Shown here: piece after piece, positions 12,889 through 24,398 of the stretch | How the letters are laid out: each line of letters begins with the position of its first letter | Numbering within the stretch: position 1 is the stretch's first letter | Assembly: GCA_965235115.1 (NCBI GenBank) | Contig: OZ249440.1 | Span: 35,156,001 to 35,220,000, forward strand | DNA: 64,000 nucleotides | Direction of reading: 5' to 3' | DNA from: Laetmonice hystrix | Taxonomy: Eukaryota | Program-made: the position numbers and the translations under genes | The notes under the pieces: generated by a model | Seen by the model: the letters and a program-made list of their open reading frames with translations, nothing else | Databases searched by the model: none | Told to the model about the DNA's origin: nothing

Positions 12889-13624
12889 TTAAACTATGGC
12901 CGCCATTGTAAGTTTTGCAAGAACGTCCAGTCGGCCAGCAAAGTGGTTATGTTTGCCCCAAACTTCCATTTCTTTGTGTCTTCGCACCAGGCCCCCAGCA
13001 CAGTTTTGTTCGGCACAAATCGCTGCCACTTTGTTGTATGTGTCATGTAGTGGGCTAAGGCCGACTACAGTGGATCCATTTCCTTGCGACATATGGCACA
13101 CAGAGATAAAGAATCACAGTCTCCAGTATTGTCCATCGCACTGGCACATGCACCGCGTTTGACATATTTAAGTACCACTCTCCTGTTTTCATAATCCAAT
13201 GTGGTCGCGCAGTCTGCTTCCGTTGTTGTCGTCGCTTTGTGTATGACTGCAGAGATCCTCGAGCAACGTGGGGGTTATACCAGCCGAAGCAGTTGCAGCG
13301 TGACATACACGGCTGGCCAGACCGGAAGCATTTGCAGTGCGTCGCATATGCTCCTTTGACATGGCTGCAGGAGGCTTTGTTGGTTTGGAACTTCTTCGTT
13401 CGTTCCCCACAACGACACTGTGTACACAAAGACGGGTCAGATGTGCTCATGTTATGTTCAGGGTTTTTTTTTGACACTTGTCCTATAACTTGGACTTGAT
13501 GCAGTTCCACTTTGTTTGCCAGCGTCACCCTTGCAGCTATGTACTTGACACTGAGTGGAGCAACTTGTCTGTCTTTTGAGGGAGTTATTAATATGAACGA
13601 CATTAGCGTAGCAGTAGTCAGCAC
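12889..13624 (-). pseudogene. Cys-rich CRC/CXC-like domain protein remnant
   Basis: CRCG...C...HCKCFRSGQPCMSRCNCFGWYNP resembles tesmin/TSO1 CXC; apparent frameshift near 13060. Confidence 0.45.
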
Positions 13625-13940
13625 AACGATTGGCTGGCCAACTTCACGTGCATATGTACCTGAAGGCTCTGCACCAGACTTTCAACGCACCATTCTGTAG
13701 TGTTCTCAAACAATCTACCTCCCTCAATTTGGCAATTGTCCTGTATAGTCTAATTAACACTTAGGCCTATGGTTAACAAACTACTTAGGCCTATGGTTAA
13801 CAAACTAACTAGAAACACCTACTTGGTTAAAATACAACTGAATATATAAATACATGCATGTAATTTTTTTTAAAGTGAAACTGATGGGAGCTTATGTCAA
13901 GAAATGGTTAGTCCTTGCATCTTGTGTCCTTGTATCTAAT

Positions 13941-14113
13941 AGGCTCGTCGATAGCCCGGTTGCAGGACAGGATGGAATCTGTTTCAATGATATTCCCGTT
14001 GGGGCTCGGGATAAAATAGGTTCCTTTCATTTCATGGTCTTTTAACCCTGTTTTCGCTGTGAATATGGCCCCAGATGCCGACACGGCGGAAAACCACCAC
14101 TACTCACTCACTC
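13941..14113 (+). mobile_element. LINE 3'-UTR-only insertion (type-B UTR) with 14-15 bp TSD
   Basis: TCCTTGTATCTAAT(A) at 13927-13940 and 14112-14125; body matches 29181-29358. Confidence 0.92.
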
Positions 14114-14360
14114 CTTGTATCTAATATAAATACTTGCACACAATGAAGATTGTACTCCTGTCCTTGACTGAAATTTTCCTGATGACACAAAGATATGATT
14201 TTCATTGAGTAATGGTAACAACCTCTTTCGTTCCATTGCTTGAGTATACCAACCCTATATCCTTGGTTTGCAACTGCTGGTTACCGCAGCTCTGCACTTC
14301 CCCTTGTTGGGCTCCGTGGAGGGTGGGGGAATAGGGTTGGTGAAACAATCTAACACAACC

Positions 14361-15656
14361 ATGGCATCAAACAATCCCCCCAAACGAAAACTAGTGAAAT
14401 TAACGGACTCTGACTTGGACCGGTCTATGGAGAACGAACCTTTGACTGAATGGCCTCGTTTCATCATTGTTAAATCAGCAGAACCTGAACGACCAATATC
14501 TAAGCTATCCCCTTTTGCCATACATCAAGGCATATTGGGGATAGCTGGAACAGTCAAAGATTGTAAACGGTTGAGATCTGGCCAACTGTTGGTAGAGTGT
14601 GCCACGAGGGCCCAATCTGCAAACCTGTTGAGTGCCACAGTACTCGCAGGTTACAGTATTAAGGCCTCTCGTCACCGGACGCTCAACTCAAGCAAGGGTG
14701 TGATTCGAACAAACTCTCTTGACACCACAACTGAACAGGAGATCCTTGCTGGGTTGAGCTGGCAAGGTGTGTCGGAAGTGAAAAGATTTATTGTGAAACG
14801 AGATGGTGAAACCATAAAGACACGCACTTATTTTCTCACTTTCGACAGGCCCACTGTACCAGTGGAACTCGAGATTGGCTTTTTGAAAGTAAAGGTGGAT
14901 GCCTATATCCCAAACCCTCTGAGATGCTATAAATGCCAGAGGTTTGGGCATGGGACTGACTCGTGCCGGAATCAGCAGAAGTGTTCTCGCTGTGCTGAGA
15001 CTGGCCATGACCATCTCGAATGTCAAAAACCCCCAAAATGTGCAAACTGTGGGGAGGACCACTCTGCCACTTCTCGGGACTGTTCCGTGTGGAAAAAGGA
15101 AAAAGAAATTCTGAAGGTAAAGACAGAAAGAAAGATCAGCTTTCCTGAGGCACGCAAGTTGGTGGAGCAGTATATGCTTCCACCAACCATTAAAACCTAT
15201 GCTGCTGCCACCAAGCCTACCACACGGACTTTCGCTTGTCAAACGGAGATGGTGTGGGTCAAGGGGGATAAACCCGTGACCTACCCTGATCCTGCTGACA
15301 GCACGAGCCAACCACCTAAGATTGCCATCTCGAGTCAACCACTTAAGAAAGCTGTCTCAACACAAAGCCAGACAACCTCGGTTCCTCCTCCACAGGCCGG
15401 GCCGAGTACCAAAGAACCATCCCCCAAAAAAGATCAACAGAGTCCCAAAGAACCATCCCCTAAAAAAGATCAACCAAAGAAGAAAATAATTACAGATCGG
15501 CTGCCCAAAGCAGCCGCCAACAACAGTGCAATAGCACTCACAAATAAGTTTCAGCATCTTCAAGATGTTGAAATGGCTGACGCTACATCTTGCCGTAGTC
15601 GCAGCCTTTCCCCCAAAATAAAAACTAGGGGGCGTTTGCCTGTTAAACCACCTTGA
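14361..15656 (+). CDS. LINE ORF1, gag-like nucleic-acid-binding protein
   Basis: ATG at 14361 (MASNNPPKRK); PRE_C2HC-like region (HRTLNSSKGVI), knuckles CYKCQRFGHGTDSC, CSRCAETGHDHLEC, CANCGEDHSATSRDC, then ISFPEARK. Confidence 0.93.
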   Translation: MASNNPPKRKLVKLTDSDLDRSMENEPLTEWPRFIIVKSAEPERPISKLSPFAIHQGILGIAGTVKDCKRLRSGQLLVECATRAQSANLLSATVLAGYSIKASRHRTLNSSKGVIRTNSLDTTTEQEILAGLSWQGVSEVKRFIVKRDGETIKTRTYFLTFDRPTVPVELEIGFLKVKVDAYIPNPLRCYKCQRFGHGTDSCRNQQKCSRCAETGHDHLECQKPPKCANCGEDHSATSRDCSVWKKEKEILKVKTERKISFPEARKLVEQYMLPPTIKTYAAATKPTTRTFACQTEMVWVKGDKPVTYPDPADSTSQPPKIAISSQPLKKAVSTQSQTTSVPPPQAGPSTKEPSPKKDQQSPKEPSPKKDQPKKKIITDRLPKAAANNSAIALTNKFQHLQDVEMADATSCRSRSLSPKIKTRGRLPVKPP

Positions 15657-18600
15657 TGGCAGGCAAATGCTTCCTTCAATGGAATTGTCGAGGCTTTAGA
15701 GCCAATTTTAATGAACTCAGAGTTTTAGAAGAAAACCTCAACCCTCTTGCCTTTAGCTTACAAGAAACATTCCTTACCGCCCGAGACAAGGTCTCATTTA
15801 AGGGCTATCAGACTTTCTTTGGTTTTGCACCAGATGGTGACCGTGCTGCTGGCGGCACTGCCATTCTGGTTCGAAAAGACCTCATCCATAGCCCTGTAAC
15901 AATAGACACACCGTTACAAGCAATAGCCATTCGCCTAACTCTGCATAAAGCCATGACTATCTGTTCCATATATATTCCGCCAAATAGTGTCTTGACCCAG
16001 CAGGATCTTGATGATCTTGTGGGTCAACTACCATCCCCATATCTCCTTTTGGGAGACTTTAACGGCCACAATCCCTTATGGGGTGGCACCACAACTGATG
16101 GCAAGGGCAAGAGGATTGAAGAGTTCATTGAGAATCATGCTCTGTGCATTTTTAATGATGGTTCAAACACATACTTACATCCCAGTCATGGCACTTATAC
16201 AGCCATTGACCTTGCAATAGCTGAACCAGATCTGCTGCTGGATTTTTCCTGGAGGGTCTGGGATGACCTTTGCGGGAGTGACCACTTTCCCACCATCCTT
16301 ACCTATGAAGGACCCAACATAGGGGAAAAGCAACAACGGTGGCAACTTAAGAAAGCCGACTGGCACTTCCAGACCCTCTGTCGGGAGGAATTCACAGCAA
16401 ACACCATTAACGATCCTGAAGCAATGGATGATTTTACCTCGCTTTTAATCTCCATTGCAGACAGGACAGTTCCTAAAACCTCGACAATTCCTAAACATGT
16501 CTCAAATCCATGGTTTAATGAAGACTGCAAGCAGGCAATTAAAGACCGCAAGAAAGCAGAACGCCTTTTCAACAGGCATCCAACTGCAGTGAACCTTACC
16601 AATTTTAAAATTATGAGAGCAAGGGCACGCCGTATCTGCAAAGAGAGACGGAGGCAGAGCTGGAGAGACTACGTCTCCAGCCTGACCTCTCGTACTCCTA
16701 TCAAAAAAGTCTGGAGTATGATACGGAAACTTAAAGGCAAGGGAGGTGGTTCTGGAGTCCAACACTTAAAACATCAAGACACCCTACTAACCACCACAGA
16801 TGAAATAGCGAATAAACTGGCCAAAACCTTTGAAACAAACTCCTCCTCCAGAAACTGCCTCCCTCAATTCCAAGCCATTCGTGCTCAAAAAGAGAAACAA
16901 AAACTAAACTTTCATTCTGACAACAGAGAAGAGTATAACCAACTCTTCTCTATTGAAGAACTCAAATGCTCTCTTAGAAAATCACACGACACTGCAGTTG
17001 GACCTGACAAAATACATTACCAATTTTTAAAACATTTACCTGATACCACCCTTCTCATACTTCTTCACATTTTCAACAATATCTGGATAACTGGTAATAT
17101 ACCCCTTTCCTGGCAAGAAGCAATAATCATCCCCATCCCAAAACCAGGAAAAGACCATAGTGAAGCTAACAATTACAGACCAATAGCCTTAACAAGTTGC
17201 CTGTGCAAAACCATGGAGAGAATGATTAATGATCGCCTCGTCTGGAAGCTGGAGTCTGAGCAGCTCATCACCGAGTTTCCGTGTGGCTTCCGGCGAGGGA
17301 GAAGTACTCTTGATCATCTAGTCAGACTCGAGACATACATTCGAGATGCTTTTATCAGCCGTGAACATGTTGTTGCCGTCTTTTTCGACCTTGAAAAGGC
17401 ATACGACACAACATGGAAGTACGGCATTTTAAAAGATTTACATGATATGGGTTTTAGGGGGCGTTTGCCCCTTTTCATATCCCAGTTTTTATCCAACAGA
17501 CATTTTCAAGTCAGAGTAGGCACGACCCTGTCTGACTTGCACGACCAAGAATTAGGTGTGCCTCAGGGAAGCATTTTGTCCGTTACCCTTTTTAGTATTA
17601 GGATCAACAGCATTGTTAACTCGGTTAAAACTGGCATGCCCTGCAGCCTGTTCGTCGATGACTTTGACGTCTGCTGCAGAGGCAAAAACATGAATGCCAT
17701 TGAGAGGCAGATCCAACTCTGTCTCAACAGAATCCAGACCTGGTCGGTGGAAAATGGTTTTAAATTTTCGAAATCTAAAACGGTCTGCATGCATTTCTGC
17801 AAACTGCGTGCTTTCCACCTTGACCCCGAGTTGACAATGGATGGAGATCCTATCAAGGTCGTTAAAGAGACAAAGTTTCTGGGACTCACTTTTGACAGCA
17901 AGTTGTCTTTTATCCCTCACATTAAATCGCTCAAATCCAGATGCCTTAAGGCTCTGGACGTTCTCAAGGTTTTATCTGGTACAAACTGGGGGGCAGACAG
18001 TACAGTCCTTTTACAACTGTACAGAGCTTTAATCCGGTCGAAGCTCGATTACGGTAGCATAGTTTATGGTTCTGCTTGTAAGTCTTACATTCGGCTTTTG
18101 GACACGGTTCACCACCAGGGTTTGCGACTTTCACTTGGGGCTTTTAGAACGTCCCCTGTTCAGAGCCTCTATGTGGAGGCCCGAGAGCCATCGCTTGACA
18201 ACAGGCGTCTGAAGCTGGCTCTGCAGTATGCAGTCAAGCTCGGGACAAACAGTTCAAATCCAGCTTACAATTGCGTTTTTCACCCTCAGTTCCAACATTT
18301 ATATGAAAGAAAGGAAACGTACATACGTCCTTTTGGACTGAGGGTGAAACCTCATCTAGAGGAACTGGATATTGATCTGAACGTCCTGGGGCAGACACAC
18401 TTTTGCAACATTCCTCCTTGGGACCTGGAAAAGCCTGACATCATCCTTCAGTTGGCTCAACTGAAGAAGTCAGAGACTCATCCCCTGACATATTTTGAAC
18501 ATTTTCTTGGCGTCCAGGCAAGGTACCCCTCACATTATGCCTTCTATACAGATGGCTCAAAGGATGGCAGTGATGTGTCTGCAGCTGCAGTTCATAGCAA

Positions 18601-19336
18601 GCACAACTTCGGCACCCGCATCTCAGGGCAAAGTTCCATCTTCTCAGCAGAGGCCCGGGCCCTGCTTCTTGCCCTTCAAAATATTGAAGTTTCTAGTGAA
18701 AAGGATTTCCTCATTTTCTCGGATTCCTTATCCTGTCTGCAAGCACTTGCTAACTTGAACACAGATCACCCAGTGATCGTTCAGATCTTGTCCAAGTTGG
18801 CAGTGCTTGCCAGTGCAAACTTTGATATTCACTTTTGCTGGGTGCCTGGGCATGTTGGTATCCCAGGCAATGAGCAAGCTGACAGAACTGCCAAGAGGGC
18901 TCTTGAAACAGACGTCGAACTGTGTCCAATCCCAGCCTCTGACCTCAGACCTACCATCTGGGCATACATTAAGAACAAATGGCAGGCTGAATGGGATGAA
19001 CAACCAAACAATAAATTGTACCAGATCAGTCCTGTCGTGAACCAAAGGTGTCTTCACAGCCTAACCCAACGTAGGCATGAAATTGTTTATACTCGATGCA
19101 GGATTGGTCATTCTAGATTAACTCATGTGTTTTTATTGAAGGGGGAGCCACCTCCAGAATGTCATGGCTGTCAGTGTCCTTTGACACTGAAGCATCTTTT
19201 ACTCGAATGTGGTGATTTTACTCTCATCAGACAAAGGTTTTATAATGAGACAAGTTTTAAGGATCTTTTTAGCAATATCAGACCAGGAGTGATTTTAGAG
19301 TTCTTGTCAGAGGCTGGACTTCTGAATCTTTTATAG
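15656..19336 (+). CDS. LINE ORF2: AP endonuclease - reverse transcriptase - RNase H - C-terminal Cys/His motif
   Basis: QWNCRG, LQET, GDFNGH, SDHFP (APE); YRPIALTS, FFDLEKAYD, GVPQGSILS, LFVDD, KFLG (RT); YTDGSK, AE, SDS, WVPGHVGIPGNEQAD (RNase H). ATG overlaps ORF1 stop (TGATG). QCGFR of the other copies is PCGFR here, so activity is uncertain. Confidence 0.96.
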   Translation: MAGKCFLQWNCRGFRANFNELRVLEENLNPLAFSLQETFLTARDKVSFKGYQTFFGFAPDGDRAAGGTAILVRKDLIHSPVTIDTPLQAIAIRLTLHKAMTICSIYIPPNSVLTQQDLDDLVGQLPSPYLLLGDFNGHNPLWGGTTTDGKGKRIEEFIENHALCIFNDGSNTYLHPSHGTYTAIDLAIAEPDLLLDFSWRVWDDLCGSDHFPTILTYEGPNIGEKQQRWQLKKADWHFQTLCREEFTANTINDPEAMDDFTSLLISIADRTVPKTSTIPKHVSNPWFNEDCKQAIKDRKKAERLFNRHPTAVNLTNFKIMRARARRICKERRRQSWRDYVSSLTSRTPIKKVWSMIRKLKGKGGGSGVQHLKHQDTLLTTTDEIANKLAKTFETNSSSRNCLPQFQAIRAQKEKQKLNFHSDNREEYNQLFSIEELKCSLRKSHDTAVGPDKIHYQFLKHLPDTTLLILLHIFNNIWITGNIPLSWQEAIIIPIPKPGKDHSEANNYRPIALTSCLCKTMERMINDRLVWKLESEQLITEFPCGFRRGRSTLDHLVRLETYIRDAFISREHVVAVFFDLEKAYDTTWKYGILKDLHDMGFRGRLPLFISQFLSNRHFQVRVGTTLSDLHDQELGVPQGSILSVTLFSIRINSIVNSVKTGMPCSLFVDDFDVCCRGKNMNAIERQIQLCLNRIQTWSVENGFKFSKSKTVCMHFCKLRAFHLDPELTMDGDPIKVVKETKFLGLTFDSKLSFIPHIKSLKSRCLKALDVLKVLSGTNWGADSTVLLQLYRALIRSKLDYGSIVYGSACKSYIRLLDTVHHQGLRLSLGAFRTSPVQSLYVEAREPSLDNRRLKLALQYAVKLGTNSSNPAYNCVFHPQFQHLYERKETYIRPFGLRVKPHLEELDIDLNVLGQTHFCNIPPWDLEKPDIILQLAQLKKSETHPLTYFEHFLGVQARYPSHYAFYTDGSKDGSDVSAAAVHSKHNFGTRISGQSSIFSAEARALLLALQNIEVSSEKDFLIFSDSLSCLQALANLNTDHPVIVQILSKLAVLASANFDIHFCWVPGHVGIPGNEQADRTAKRALETDVELCPIPASDLRPTIWAYIKNKWQAEWDEQPNNKLYQISPVVNQRCLHSLTQRRHEIVYTRCRIGHSRLTHVFLLKGEPPPECHGCQCPLTLKHLLLECGDFTLIRQRFYNETSFKDLFSNIRPGVILEFLSEAGLLNLL

Positions 19337-19395
19337 ATGTGTTTTGGTGGTGTTCCCGTTGGGACCCGGGATAAAATAGGTTCCTTTGGTTTTAT

Positions 19396-19477
19396 GATCT
19401 TATAACTCTGTTTTCGCCGTGAATATGGCCCCAGATGCCGACACGGCGCAAAACCACCACTACTCACTCACTCACTC
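19396..19477 (+). other. LINE 3' terminal stem-loop and (ACTC)n tail
   Basis: GTTTTCGCCGTG...GGC-CCCAGAT-GCC...CACGGCG(C)AAAAC followed by CACCACT(ACTC)n; conserved in the tail-bearing copies. Confidence 0.8.
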
Positions 19478-22400
19478 CGACAAAAACTCTAAAATCACTC
19501 CTGGTCTAACATTGCTAAAAAGGTCCTTAAAGTGGCACTATTTCTTCGCCCCAGGAAGTTGACCCCTCCCATATGGATCCCCTGCACTTATCGTAATAAA
19601 TTTGAGTGGAACCAACCCGATTTACTGTGAGAACCGACGATGTACCATGATAGTATCATGCCTGCGTCTCCGCGCCATTTTGCCATGTTACCTCGGCTGG
19701 GTAACGGGGGAATTCCGTCTATGCGCGCGCATAACCACGTGACTGCATCTACTTCCCGAGAGGAGCACGCGGAAAATGGCGGACAGCGAAGAGGAGGGCA
19801 TGTTAGGGGAACGGGCTCCGGGCCCCCTACTGCGGTCCCTACACACACAGACACCCCCCACCCCGGCCCTCGCCACCTCGCCTGCCGAATGTGTCACTGA
19901 GTCACTGAGTGGCAGCCCGACGAACGGCGGTGCTCTGAGAGGGACGGTGGCGTCACGGTTCGCCCCGCGGGTGGGAAGGCTGCCGCTGGCACACACTCAT
20001 TTTGAACTCGCGATTTTTCATGAACTACGCTACGCATCGTTATCAGACTTAGACTAGAGTCACCCACAACATAGAAATATTATATGCTAGTGTAAAGTTC
20101 GAGTAAATAGCACCCCTCCTTATGCGCGTGTTAACGGGCACCGGGGCCTCGGCAGCTCGGCTGAGTCGCGTAGCACAGACCGAGTAGCACACCGAGCACA
20201 CTCCTCGCGTAGCAGACTCCTCTGGCAACCGTTTTAGTGTAGCCACTACAACAAGCCCCGTTTTCTCAGCAGAGGATGAGCGATGAATATTTTATCTTAG
20301 TATATAGTCTATAGCCAATACTAGTACTAGTTTGCTCCTCCACGTACCGAGGTGCGAGCATCGACTGAAATGGCCCAGCGTGTGTTGCGGGGCGTGGGGC
20401 GGTGGGGCATTCCCCGGAAGCGGCCTAGCGGGGTATTATGGGATGGTTGATGCAATGACGTCAGTCATAGCGCCACTTGTCGACAGCGGCAGATTTGAAC
20501 TCAACAACAATAACATGGACAGTGTTTACTCGGGACCCCGGCTGGAGCACACTTTCACGGTTTTCTCGACATTGCAGCGCCTGTGAGACATCATATTTCA
20601 CATGTGGGTACACATTGACTAACTGGAACGGGGGAGAGTAACTTGGGGACCTTTAAGACTTGTCTCATTATAAAACCGTTGTCTCATCAGAGTAAAATCA
20701 CCACACTCAAGTAAAAGATGCTTCAGTGTCAAAGGACATTGACAGCCATGACATTCTGGAGGTGGCTCTCCCTTCAATAAAAACACATGAGTTAATCTAG
20801 AATGACCAACTCTGCATCGAGTAAAAACAATTTCATGCCTACGTTGGGTTAGGCCGTGACGGTACTTTGGGTTCACGATGGGACTGATCTGATACAATTT
20901 ATTGTTTGGTTGTTCATCCCATTCAGCCTGCCATTTGTTCCTAACGTAAGCCCAGATGGTAGGTCTGAGATCAGAGGCAGGGATTGGACACAGTTCGACG
21001 TCTGTTTCAAGAGCCCTCTTGGCAGTTCTGTCAGCTTGCTCATTGCCCGGGATGCCAACATGCCCAGGCACCCAGCAAGAGTGAATATCAAAGTTTGCAT
21101 TGGCAAGCACTGCCAACTTGGACAAGATTTGGACGATCACTGGGTGATCTGTGTTCAAGTTAGCAAGTGCTTGCAGACAGGATAAGGAATCCGAGAAAAT
21201 GAGGAAATCCTTTTCACTAGAAACTTCAATATTTTCAAGGGCAAGAAGCAGGGCCCGGGCCTCTGCCGAGAAGATGGAACTTTGCCCTGAGATGCGGGTG
21301 CCGAAGTTGTGCTTGCCATGAACTGCAGCCGCAGACACATCACTGCCATCCTTTGAGCCATCAGTATAGAAGGCATAATGTGAGGGATACCTTGCCTGGA
21401 CGTCAAGAAAATGTTCAAAATATGTCAGGGGATGAGTCTCTGACTTCTTCAGTTGAGCCAACTGAAGAATGACATCAGGCTTTTCCAGGTCCTAAGGAGG
21501 AATGTTGCAAAAATGTGTCTGCCCCAGGACGTTCAGATCAACATCCAGTTCCTCTAGATGAGGTTTCACCCTCAGCCCAAAACGACGTATGTACGTTTCC
21601 TTTCTTTCATATAAATGTTGGAACTGAGGGTGAAAAACGCAATCGTAAGCTGGATTTGAACTGTTTGTCCCGAGTTTAACTGCATACTGCAGAGCCAGCT
21701 TCAGACGCCTGTTGTCAAGCGATGGCTCTCGGGCCTCCACATAGAGGCTCTGAACAGGGGACGTTCTAAAAGCCCCGAGTGAAAGCCGCAAACCCTGGTG
21801 GTGAACCGTGTCCAAAAGCCGAATGTAAGACTTACAAGCAGAACCATATACTATGCTACCGTAATCGAGCTTCGACCGGATTAAAGCTCTGTACAGTTGT
21901 AAAAGGACTTTACTGTCTGCCCCCCAGTTTGTGCCAGATAAAACCTTGAGAACATCCAGAGCCTTAAGGCATCTGGATTTCAGTGATTTAATGTGTGGGA
22001 CAAAAGACAGCTTGCTGTCAAAAGTGAGTCCCAGAAACTTTGTCTCCTTTACAACCTTGATAGGATCTCCATCCATTGTCAACTCAGGGTCAAGGTGGAA
22101 AGCACGCAGTTTGCAGAAATGCATGCAGACCGTTTTAGATTTCGAAAATTTAAAACCATTTTCCACCGACCAAGTGTGGATTCTGTTGAGACAGAGTTGG
22201 AGCTGCCTCTCAATGGCATTCATGTTTTTGCCTCTGCAGCAGACGTCAAAGTCATCGACAAACAGGCTGCAGGGCATGCCAGTTTTAACCGAGTTAACAA
22301 TGCTGTTGATCTTAATACTAAAAAGGGTAACGGACAAAATGCTTCCCTGAGGCACACCTAATTCTTGGTCGTGCAAGTCAGACAGGGTCGTGCCTACTCT

Positions 22401-24392
22401 GACTTGAAAATGTCTGTTGGATAAAAACTGAGATATGAAAAGGGGCAAACGCCCCCTAAAACCCATATCATGTAAATCTTTTAAAATACCGTACTTCCAT
22501 GTTGTGTCGTATGCCTTTTCAAGGTCGAAAAATACGGCAACAACATGTTCACGGTTGATAAAAGTATCTCGGATGTATGTCTCGAGTCTGATTAGATGAT
22601 CAAGAGTACTTCTCCCTCGCCGGAAGCCACACTGAAACTCGGTTATGAGCTGCTCAGACTCCAGCTTCCAGACGAGGCGATCATTAATCATTCTCTCCAT
22701 GGTTTTACACAGGCAACTTGTTAAGGCTATTGGTCTGTAATTGTTAGCTTCACTATGGTCTTTTCCTGGTTTTGGGATGGGGATGATTATTGCTTCTTGC
22801 CAGGAAAGGGGTATATTACCAGTTATCCAGATATTGTTGAAAATGTGAAGAAGTATGAGAAGGGTGGTATCAGGTAAATGTTTTAAAAATTGGTAATGTA
22901 TTTTGTCAGGTCCAACTGCAGTGTCATGTGATTTTTTAAGTGAGCATTTGAGTTCTTCCATTGAGAAGAGCTGGTTGTACTCTTCTGTGTTGTCAGAATG
23001 GAATGTTAGTTTTTGTTTTTCTTTTTGGGCACGAATGGCTTGGAATTGAGTGAGGCAGTTCCTGGAAGAGGAGTTTGTTTGAAATGTTTCGGCTAGTTTG
23101 TTTGCTATTGCATCTGGGCTGGTTAATAAGGTGTTTTGATGTTTTAAGTGTTTAACTCCAGTACCACCTCCCTTGCCTTTAAGTTTCCGTATCATGTTCC
23201 AGATTTTTGTGATGGGAGTACGAGAGGTCAGGCTGGAGACATAGTCTCTCCAGGTCTGCCTCCGTCTCTCTTTACAGATACCTCGTGCTCTCATGATTTT
23301 AAAATTAGTAAGGTTCACTGCAGTTGGGTGCCTGTTAAAAAGCCGTTCTGCTTTCTTCCGGTCTTTAATTGCCTGCTTGCATTCATCATTAAACCATGGA
23401 TTTGAGACATGTTTAGGAATTGTCGAGGTTTTAGGAACTGTCCTGTCTGCAATGGAGATTAAAAGTGAGGTAAAATCATCCATTGCTTCAGGATCGTTAA
23501 TGGTGTCTGCTCTGAATTCCTCCCGACAGAGGGTCTGGAAGGAGTGCCAGTCAGCTTTCTTAAGTTGCCACCTTTGTTGTTTTTCCCCAATGTTGGGTCC
23601 CTCATAGGTAATAATGGTGGGAAAGTGGTCACTCCCGCAAAGGTCATCCCAGACCCTCCAAGAGAAATCCAGCAGCAGATCTGGTTCAGCTATTGCAAGG
23701 TCAATGGCTGTATAGGTGCCATGACCAGGATGTAGGTATGTGTTTGAACCATCATTAAAAATGCATAGAGCATGATTATCAATGAACTCTTCAATCCCCT
23801 TGCCCTTGCCATCAGTTGTGGTGCCACCCCATAAGGGATTGTGGCCGTTAAAGTCTCCCAAAAGGAGATATGGGGATGGTAGTTGACCCACTAGATCATC
23901 AAGATCCTGCTGGGTCAAGACACTGTTTGGCGGAATATATATGGAACAGATAGTGATGGCTTTATGCAGAGTTAGGCGAATGGCTTGTAACGGTGTGTCT
24001 ATTGTTACAGGGCTATGGATGAGGTCTTGTCGAACCAGAATGGCAGTGCCGCCAGCAGCACGGTCACCATCTGGTGCAAAACCAAGGAAAGTCTGATAGC
24101 CCTTAAATGAGACTTTGTCTCGGGCAGTAAGAAATGTTTCTTGTAGGCAAAAGGCAAGAGGATCGAGGCCCTCCGCTAAAAGTCTGAGCTCATTAAAATT
24201 GGCTCTAAAACCTCGACAATTCCATTGAAGGAAGCATTTGCCTGCCATCAAGGTGGTTTAACAGGCAAACGCCCCCTAGATTTTATTTTGGGGGAAAGGC
24301 TGCGACTACGACAAGTCGTAGCATCAGCCATTTCAACATCTTGAAGATGTTGAAATTTGTTTGTCAGTGCTATTGCACTATTGTTGGAGGCC
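19478..24392 (-). mobile_element. Antisense LINE copy (ORF1 C-terminus + ORF2), nonsense mutation, interrupted by TTAA insertion
   Basis: ORFs 21492-24251 and 20619-21461 are one ORF2 split by TGG>TAG at 21492; continues at 19478-19530 beyond the 19531-20652 insert. Confidence 0.95.
19531..20652. mobile_element. Non-autonomous DNA transposon, TTAA TSD, AG...CT ends (Kolobok-like)
   Basis: LINE sequence GATCCTTAAGACTTG is split with TTAA duplicated at 19527-19530 and 20653-20656; TIR similarity weak. Confidence 0.7.
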
Positions 24393-24398
24393 GCTGGA

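Larger units (their letters stand above)
14203..19477 (+). mobile_element. Near-intact Nimb/I-group LINE, 5' UTR truncated
   Basis: Open ORF1 and ORF2, 3' stem-loop and (ACTC)n tail; 5' similarity to the complete UTR (58097-58615 minus) ends near 14203. Confidence 0.95.
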
